DNA of 42,097 nucleotides from Phycisphaerales bacterium (GTDB lineage Bacteria > Planctomycetota > Phycisphaerae > Phycisphaerales > UBA1924). The DNA lies in assembly GCA_016742055.1 (NCBI GenBank), contig JACVCK010000001.1:1-42097 (forward strand). The letters run 5' to 3'. Position 1 is the stretch's first letter. Each line of letters opens with the position of its first letter. The position numbers and the translations under genes were made by a program. The notes under the pieces are model-generated. The model was not told where the DNA came from. It saw nothing but the letters and a program-made list of their open reading frames with translations, and ran no database searches. Below, one piece after another: positions 17,296 through 23,957 of this stretch.

Positions 17296-18288
17296 ATGCC
17301 AGCGAACCAGCGATGCGCCGACGACCTTGACCTCTCCCCAGCCCACGCGGAACTCTCGCCCGAGTCCGCTGCGCACGACCCGGCGCCGCGTCCTCCCCTG
17401 AGCATGCGCGCCGCAAACCTGGTGGCGATCCTCGCGCCGCTCGTCGGCTTCATCGCCGCGATGCACTACCTCTGGGGCGTGGGGTTCTCGTGGACGATGC
17501 TGGCGCTCCTCGTGGGCATGTACGGCCTCACGGCGATCGGCATCACCATCGGCTACCACCGGTACTTCACGCACAAGTCGTTCGAGACCAATGTCGTCGT
17601 CAAGGCGATCCTGGGCGTGCTGGGCTCCATGGCCGTGCAGGGCTCGATCCTGGAGTGGAGCGCCACCCACCGCAGCCACCACCAGCACTCCGACCGCCAC
17701 GACGACCCGCACTCGCCCAACACCTTCGGCTCCGGCGTCCGCGCGATGCTCCGCGGCATCGTCCACGCGCACTTCGCGTGGCTGCTGGACCGCAACCCGC
17801 GCCACCTTCGCCGCTACGTCCCGGACCTGGAGGCCGACCCCGTGGTCCGCGTGGTCAGCCGCCTGTTCCCCCTGTGGGTGGCCCTGGGGCTCCTGCTCCC
17901 CGGCGCCATCGCCTGGGCCATCACGGGCACGCTGACCGGCGCGTTCCTTGGCTTCGTGTGGGGCGGCCTGGCGCGCGTGTTCCTGGTCCACCACGTGACC
18001 TGGAGCGTGAACTCGGTGTGCCATATCTGGGGCACCCAGCCCTTCCGCAGCCACGACCATTCCCGGAACAACCCGATCGTCGGCATCCTCGCCCTGGGCG
18101 AGGGCTGGCACAACAATCACCACGCCTTCCCCGCCTCCGCCCGGCACGGCCTGCGATGGTGGGAGGTCGATTTGTCCTACCTCATCATCCGAACGATGGC
18201 CCTGGTGGGGCTGGCGCGGAACATCCGCGTCCCCAGCCGGGAACGGATGGAGGCCAAACGCAGCCGGCACGCCTCTCGGGCGGCCTGA
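17296..18288 (+). CDS. membrane acyl-CoA (delta-9 type) fatty-acid desaturase
   Basis: Three His boxes (HRYFTH, HRSHHQHSD, HNNHHAF) separated by hydrophobic helices. I chose the ATG at 17296 because AAGGTG lies upstream of it. ATGs at 17263 and later remain possible. Confidence 0.88.
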   Translation: MPANQRCADDLDLSPAHAELSPESAAHDPAPRPPLSMRAANLVAILAPLVGFIAAMHYLWGVGFSWTMLALLVGMYGLTAIGITIGYHRYFTHKSFETNVVVKAILGVLGSMAVQGSILEWSATHRSHHQHSDRHDDPHSPNTFGSGVRAMLRGIVHAHFAWLLDRNPRHLRRYVPDLEADPVVRVVSRLFPLWVALGLLLPGAIAWAITGTLTGAFLGFVWGGLARVFLVHHVTWSVNSVCHIWGTQPFRSHDHSRNNPIVGILALGEGWHNNHHAFPASARHGLRWWEVDLSYLIIRTMALVGLARNIRVPSRERMEAKRSRHASRAA

Positions 18289-18382
18289 TCGGCAACCGGG
18301 GGCGACCTCGCCCCGTAGGGAACGGTATGGGCGGCCCTCGTCGGGGCCCCCGGCCCAGCCGACTCCAACCGGGAACGAGAAC

Positions 18383-20548
18383 ATGTCGCCAACCTCACCC
18401 CTTGCGGTCATCGCACTCGCCGCCGCAGTCGCTGCGCAGACTTCCGCAGGGTTGCCGGAGCCACAGGACTGTGCCCCGCAGCAGTTGGCGATGTCGGGTG
18501 GCCGCACCGGCGATGTCGCGGTCCGCGGGCGCCACGCCTATGTTGCCGGGCAATACGGCGGGCTCGGCATTTATGATGTATCGAATCCGTTGACGCCGAT
18601 CCAAGTGCGGCGAGACGACAGTGTAGTTCCCGTTTTCGTGGAGATCGACGGGAACATCGGCGTCGTGTACGAACAAATCGGTTCTCGCGTGCGGTTCTTC
18701 AAACTCGACGATCCGCTGGCGCCGACGTTTCACGCCACCCTGCCCTTCAGTTCCTCGCTGTTCAGCGCATTCGACGTGGAGGGCGACGTGTTCGTCATGG
18801 GCGAGGGCATTCGGCTTCGCACCTACGACATCAGCGACGTCGACGCCCCTGTTCTGCTCGTAGACACGGGCGGCCTTCTCAATGCGAACGAAAGCGTGCG
18901 AGCGCTTCGGATGGACGGAGGCCGTCTCGCGGTGTCGCTGCGATCGCCGACGAACTTTCCCGGATATATACATGGCCTTCTCTTCGTGGACATCACGAAC
19001 CCCGCTTCGCCGGTTCGCGGCGGCCTGCTGACTATGCCTGGTTTCAGCGGAACGCTCGCGTATTCGAACGGCGTATGCGTCCTGACGCGCCCCGCAAAGA
19101 GCGGGCACGAACTCGTTGTGCTTGACGCATCCGACATCCACAGCCCCGTGGTCTTGGGCACGGCGCCGGCGCCTGAGGCGTCGTCCATCGAGATCGTCGG
19201 CGACGTCGTGCATCTCACCTCTCGCGACCTGGGGACCAGTTACGCCACTTTCAGCATCGCCGATCCGACGCAGCCCATTCAACTTGGCCACTTCAACATT
19301 GCTCCGGGCGCAACGCTCTCCGGGAGCAATGGCGCCAACGCTGTCGCGGTCAGCGGTGACGTCGCGTTCGTCGTGTTTCAGCGGCCTACCCTCGGAGCGC
19401 TCGATATCGCCGATCCAGCATCTCCACAGCTCCTCGCACAGGCGTTCGGCGCCGACGGCGCTCGCTCGATCGCGCACCGTGACGGCCTCGCATTCGTCGC
19501 GGACTGGGGTGAACTTCGCGCCATCGACCTGACAGATCCCGCACGGCCTGTCGGCGTGTTTCGCGATCCGCTCTCCGTGGGCGCGAGGCACATCTCGATC
19601 GATCGCGAAATCATGGCCGTGGCGTGCGATGCGCGAGGAACGCTCGTCTACGACATCTCCAATCCGCGGTCGCCGCAAAGGCTTGCGACGATCATCCCGC
19701 TTCTCTCGCCTCAGGCCGAGAGCGTCGCCGTCGCGGTTGAAGGTGATCGGTTGTATGTGGTCGAAGATCGCTCCACCCGCATTGTGCGAGTCGTGGACAT
19801 CTCACAGCCGAGCGCTCCACTCCAACTCGGATTCGTCAGCGAGGTGGATATCGAGATGATCCGTTTCGCCTTTTCTGGCGATTACGCCTATCTCACGGGG
19901 TCGGAGGGGGTCAACATCTGGGACATGAGCGTGCCTAATGAACCCGAGCTCGTGAACACACTCCCGGGCGCCCTGATCGTCGATATCGATATCGATGGGA
20001 CCGTTCTGGCTGTCACGAGGTTCGTTGGATCGGGCTCCCCACGACCTGCGATCGTCGAACTATTCGACCTTGCCAACCCCAGCGCCCCAGATCTGCTCTC
20101 CACCCTGAATCATTCGAATCCGTGGGGTCCACAGACCAGCGTCACGGGCGACCGCCTAATCATGCTCAGTTCCAACGAGGCCGTGTTCGACATCAGTGAC
20201 CCGCGCCACCCAACTCTGATCACCGCGAACACCCGCCCGATGACCCCCGGAACGCTTTACCCCAGAATGGGCGCGTTCTCCGATGGCGGTCTGCTCCTCC
20301 TCGGCTCTCAGGACTTCCTCTACATCTTCGACCTCTCCCCCTGTATCCTCGCCTGCGCCGCCGACGCCGACGGCTCCGGCCTCGTGGACATGGCCGACCT
20401 CAATCTCGTCCTCTCCGCTTTCAATGCCTTCCCCGGCGATGACGAGTGGATCGCCGCAGCCGACCTCGACGGCGACGGCCATGTGTCGTTCGGCGACCTG
20501 AATCTTCTCGTCGGCGGATTCCACACCGACTGCGACCCCGCGCCGTAG
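18383..20548 (+). CDS. secreted LVIVD-repeat beta-propeller protein with a C-terminal dockerin-like module
   Basis: Signal peptide (LAVIALAAAVAAQTSA). Many repeats of the form A.G..GL.I.D.S.P..P. The C-terminus is CAADADGSGLVDMADLNLVLSAFN...DLDGDGHVSFGDLNLLVGGFHTDC. Confidence 0.8.
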   Translation: MSPTSPLAVIALAAAVAAQTSAGLPEPQDCAPQQLAMSGGRTGDVAVRGRHAYVAGQYGGLGIYDVSNPLTPIQVRRDDSVVPVFVEIDGNIGVVYEQIGSRVRFFKLDDPLAPTFHATLPFSSSLFSAFDVEGDVFVMGEGIRLRTYDISDVDAPVLLVDTGGLLNANESVRALRMDGGRLAVSLRSPTNFPGYIHGLLFVDITNPASPVRGGLLTMPGFSGTLAYSNGVCVLTRPAKSGHELVVLDASDIHSPVVLGTAPAPEASSIEIVGDVVHLTSRDLGTSYATFSIADPTQPIQLGHFNIAPGATLSGSNGANAVAVSGDVAFVVFQRPTLGALDIADPASPQLLAQAFGADGARSIAHRDGLAFVADWGELRAIDLTDPARPVGVFRDPLSVGARHISIDREIMAVACDARGTLVYDISNPRSPQRLATIIPLLSPQAESVAVAVEGDRLYVVEDRSTRIVRVVDISQPSAPLQLGFVSEVDIEMIRFAFSGDYAYLTGSEGVNIWDMSVPNEPELVNTLPGALIVDIDIDGTVLAVTRFVGSGSPRPAIVELFDLANPSAPDLLSTLNHSNPWGPQTSVTGDRLIMLSSNEAVFDISDPRHPTLITANTRPMTPGTLYPRMGAFSDGGLLLLGSQDFLYIFDLSPCILACAADADGSGLVDMADLNLVLSAFNAFPGDDEWIAAADLDGDGHVSFGDLNLLVGGFHTDCDPAP
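20354..20533 (+). other. Cys-bracketed dockerin-like module, copy 1 (two EF-hand-like loops)
   Basis: The last 64 residues of the LVIVD protein. The module is bracketed by Cys codons, the first at 20354-20356. Confidence 0.75.
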
Positions 20549-20567
20549 CGCGCTTCCGTCGCGTTCC

Positions 20568-21164
20568 TCAATGCCCCCACGGCGTCGGCGGCGGCGCGAC
20601 CTCGCGCGTGAGGTCGAACTCGGCGCGGAAGCGACGGTCCGTCCCCTCGCGCGCCAGGCCGTACGAGAACACCGACCCGGGGACCAGTTCAACGGTCCAC
20701 ACGTTCGTTTTCGCGGCGGGGATCAACTCCGCCGTGTGCTCGTCCGCGTAGAACCGCTGCAGGCGCGACAGGCCGGCGGTGCGCGTGGCGCCGCCGTACA
20801 TCGTGACTTCGTCGTCGGAGCCGTCCTCGTGCCGATGGTCGTGATGGAGCGTGAGCCCGTCCGCATCGCGAGTGAACACCCACGTCCTCGAGAGATCGTC
20901 GCCAACAGCGAACGGCACGAGAATCCGCGCGCCCTCGCACCAGCGCACGTGCATCACCAGCCGCTTGCCGGCGAAGTCCGGATTGGCCGTGGAGTCCTCG
21001 ACGACCCGCCCCTCAAACGCCCGGCCGCAGAGCGATTCAAGGTTCATCCAGAACAGCTCCTGCGCCGGGTCCAGGGGCGGCTCGGCGCGTCCGCCGGAGG
21101 AGGAGCCGCAGCCCGAGAGCGAAGCCGCCCACGCCGCCGTCACGACCGCCAGAATGCGCACCAT
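20568..21164 (-). CDS. lipoprotein of unknown function with an acidic/His-rich motif
   Basis: The ATG at 21164 is preceded by AAGGAGG 7 nt upstream. Signal plus lipobox MVRILAVVTAAWAASLSGC. Internal motif HHDHRHEDGSDDE. Confidence 0.7.
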   Translation of the reverse strand: MVRILAVVTAAWAASLSGCGSSSGGRAEPPLDPAQELFWMNLESLCGRAFEGRVVEDSTANPDFAGKRLVMHVRWCEGARILVPFAVGDDLSRTWVFTRDADGLTLHHDHRHEDGSDDEVTMYGGATRTAGLSRLQRFYADEHTAELIPAAKTNVWTVELVPGSVFSYGLAREGTDRRFRAEFDLTREVAPPPTPWGH

Positions 21165-21202
21165 CCGACGCCTCCTTTCCATCCGGGCCCGGCGCCGCAA
21201 CA

Positions 21203-21595
21203 ATGCGGGCAGTGGCCCACAACCCCTATACCCGATTCCGCGGCTCCCGGCTCTCGCTCAACGATTACCTCGCCATCGACCGCACGGTCCTGGCCAACGA
21301 ACGCACCGGCCTGGCGTTCGCCCGCACCGCCTTGGCGATGGTCGTGATCGGCGGCTCGTGCATCAAGTTCTTCGACGCGGCGCTGATCCAGGCGTTGGGG
21401 GCGGCGTTCCTCGTCGGGGCCGTCGCGCTCTCGGTCTACGGCTGGCGGCGCTACCGGCGCACCCAGCGGTTTCTCGCCGTCGCCCTCGAAGAGCGCACGG
21501 GAGCGCCCGAACACCCGCTCAAGGAGGCCGTCACTGCGGCGGAGCATGCAGGGGCCACCACCACAGGATCGCCGCCGTCCCCACCACCAGCGTGA
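21203..21595 (+). CDS. DUF202 (YidH-like) small membrane protein
   Basis: Signature LANERTGLAFARTALA followed by two hydrophobic helices. Confidence 0.72.
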   Translation: MRAVAHNPYTRFRGSRLSLNDYLAIDRTVLANERTGLAFARTALAMVVIGGSCIKFFDAALIQALGAAFLVGAVALSVYGWRRYRRTQRFLAVALEERTGAPEHPLKEAVTAAEHAGATTTGSPPSPPPA

Positions 21596-23399
21596 GCGCC
21601 GCCACCGGCAGCCCCAGACGCAGGTAATCCGAGAACCGGTACCCGCCCGGGCCCATCACGAGCGTGTTGGACTGGTGCCCGATCGGCGTCAGGAAGTCGC
21701 CCGAGATGCCCACCGCCGTCGCCATCAGCAGCGCGTCAACAGAGACGTCCATGCCCCGGGCCAGGAACGTCGCGATCGGCGCCATCAGCACCGCCGCCGC
21801 CGCGTTGTTGATGAAGTTCGTCAGCGCCATGCACGTAAAGATCAGCCCGCCCACCAGCAGCCAGCCCGGCGCCCCGTTGAGAACGTGCAGCATCAGCCCC
21901 GCCACCCGCTCGGCCGCGCCCGTGCCCTCCATCGCGGCGCCGATCGGGATCATCGCCCCCAGCAGCACGATCACCGACCAGTCCACCGCCTCGTACACCT
22001 GACGCAGCGGCACCAGCCGGAACAGCGTCATCAGCACGGCGCACGCCGACAGCGCCACTTCCACCGGCAGCAGACCCGCCACCGTCAGCCCGATCGCGCT
22101 CAAGAACAGCCCGCTCGCCAGCGCGATCCGCCGGGGACGGCCAACGGAAAGATCGCGGAACGCCAGCGGCAGGCAGCCCAGCGCCGTCAGCGTCCGCGGC
22201 ACCACCTTCTCATCCCCTTGGATCAGCAGGATGTCCGCCGCCTGAAGGCGCAGCGTCTTGAGCCGCTGCGTCACCCGCTTCCCGCGACGCGCCACCGCGA
22301 GCAGGTTCACGCCGTACACCCGGCGCAACTCCAGTTCCGCGATGGTCTTGCCCTCGATCAACCCGCCCGGCTGCACCACCGCCTCCACCACCTCGATCTC
22401 CGCCGACTCCAGGAACTCCTTGCGCAGCGCCTTGTCGCCCTTGACCTTCAGCCCGAACTGGTCGGTCGCCGCTTTGATCGTCGCGGCGTTCGCCTCCACC
22501 ACCAGAACGTCGCCGGCGAGGAAACGCAGCCGGGGCGACGGCATGCTCATCATCCGCCCGTCGCGCTGCAGACCCAACACCGTCAGGTCGCCGTCCACCT
22601 GCTGCGACAGATCCCGCAGCGACACGCCCACGGCTTTGGACTCATCGGGCACCAGAAGTTCCGAGGAATACGCCTCGATCTCGAACAGGTCCTCGCGCGA
22701 CGCCGCCGGCTCGCGCTGCGGGAGCAGCCGCCAGCCGATCACGCCGCAGAACGCCACGCCCGCCACCGCCAGGCACGCGCCCACCGGGAAGAAATCGAAC
22801 ATCCGGAACGGCTCGCCCACGGCCGTGGCGCGGTAGCCGCCGATGATCAGGTTTGGCGGCGTGCCGATCAGCGTGGACATCCCCCCCAGCAGCGACGCGA
22901 ACGCCAGCGGCATCAGGAGCGCCGAGGGCGGGCGCTTGCAACTCCGCGCCAGTTGCACCGCCACCGGCATCATCACCGCCACGGCCCCGACGTTGTTCAT
23001 GAAGGAGGAGAACACCGCCGTCAGCCCCGACAGCGTGGTCGCCTGCGCCGTGACCGATCGGCCGCACTTGCCCGCCCACGTCCCCAGGACCTGCACCAGT
23101 CCCGAGTTCTTCAGCCCCTGCGACGCGATCAGCACCGCCGCGACGGTGATCACCGCCGGGTGGCCGAACCCCGTAAACGCCTCTTTCCCCGGGACGACGC
23201 CCACGATCACCAGCCCCAGCAGAACCACCATGGCGATGATGTCGTGGCGCAGCCGGCCCCAGATGAACAGGGTCAGCGCCGTGAGAATCCCAACCCCAAG
23301 GAGAATCTGATCGAGCAAGTCGTTCGCTCCGAAAGGGTTGGGGCGCCCAGGGGAAAGTCGGTCGGGGGGCGTTCGAGCCACGGTCCAATCGCCGGGCAT
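21531..23399 (-). CDS. SLC13/DASS-family anion permease with two central TrkA-C (RCK_C) domains
   Basis: Many hydrophobic helices flank two RCK_C-like segments (EAYSSELLVPDESKAVGVSLRDL...GDVLVVEA and EVVEAVVQPGGLIEGKTIAELELRR...ADILLIQG). The start is uncertain. I chose the ATG at 23399 over the ORF start at 23570, whose extension is Pro/Gly/Arg-rich. Confidence 0.85.
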   Translation of the reverse strand: MPGDWTVARTPPDRLSPGRPNPFGANDLLDQILLGVGILTALTLFIWGRLRHDIIAMVVLLGLVIVGVVPGKEAFTGFGHPAVITVAAVLIASQGLKNSGLVQVLGTWAGKCGRSVTAQATTLSGLTAVFSSFMNNVGAVAVMMPVAVQLARSCKRPPSALLMPLAFASLLGGMSTLIGTPPNLIIGGYRATAVGEPFRMFDFFPVGACLAVAGVAFCGVIGWRLLPQREPAASREDLFEIEAYSSELLVPDESKAVGVSLRDLSQQVDGDLTVLGLQRDGRMMSMPSPRLRFLAGDVLVVEANAATIKAATDQFGLKVKGDKALRKEFLESAEIEVVEAVVQPGGLIEGKTIAELELRRVYGVNLLAVARRGKRVTQRLKTLRLQAADILLIQGDEKVVPRTLTALGCLPLAFRDLSVGRPRRIALASGLFLSAIGLTVAGLLPVEVALSACAVLMTLFRLVPLRQVYEAVDWSVIVLLGAMIPIGAAMEGTGAAERVAGLMLHVLNGAPGWLLVGGLIFTCMALTNFINNAAAAVLMAPIATFLARGMDVSVDALLMATAVGISGDFLTPIGHQSNTLVMGPGGYRFSDYLRLGLPVAALTLVVGTAAILWWWPLHAPPQ

Positions 23400-23638
23400 C
23401 CCGGGCGGCGCCGTTGGACCCGGGGCCGAACCGGCCGCGGACGGGCCGATTATCCCGCGGGCCGGGGGTTCCGGCCGTGAAATCCGGCTCACGCGGTCGG
23501 CGCGGCCGCCCTGGGGCGAACTCAGAACGCCCCGGTTGTCCGCCTCCGGCCGCCCTGATATCGTCCCCACCCCCGGAAAGGCCCCGTCAGCAGGGCCCCG
23601 CCCGGGATCCGCATTCGACCGCCGCTGGAGCGACCGCC

Positions 23639-23863
23639 ATGAAGGACAAGATCCACCCCAAGTACTACCCCAACTGCAAGGTCTATTACAACGGCGAGGT
23701 CGTGATGACCGTCGGCGCCACCGTGCCCGAGATGCACGTGGACGTCTGGTCCGGCTCGCACCCGTTCTTCACGGGCAAGTCCACCCTCGTCGACTCCGCG
23801 GGCCGCGTCGAGAAGTTCACCCGCAAGTTCGGCGGCAACTACTTCCAGGGCAAGAAGAAGTAA
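23639..23863 (+). CDS. rpmE: 50S ribosomal protein L31
   Basis: MKDKIHPKYY...SHPFFTGK...GRVEKFTRKFG. GGAG lies upstream of the ATG at 23639. Confidence 0.95.
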   Translation: MKDKIHPKYYPNCKVYYNGEVVMTVGATVPEMHVDVWSGSHPFFTGKSTLVDSAGRVEKFTRKFGGNYFQGKKK

Positions 23864-23895
23864 GCAGGCCCCGGGCCGATCCTCCCACCAACACC

Positions 23896-23930
23896 GCGGC
23901 CCCGGCGATTCGCCGGGGCCGCGTTCGTTT
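23896..23930 (+). terminator. rho-independent terminator after rpmE, possibly bidirectional with the convergent oxidase gene
   Basis: Perfect 12-bp GC stem: GCGGCCCCGGCG (23896-23907), loop ATT, CGCCGGGGCCGC (23911-23922), followed by GTTCGTTTC. Confidence 0.7.
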
Positions 23931-23957
23931 CACGGTTGGGATCTCGTCTCCAGCGTG

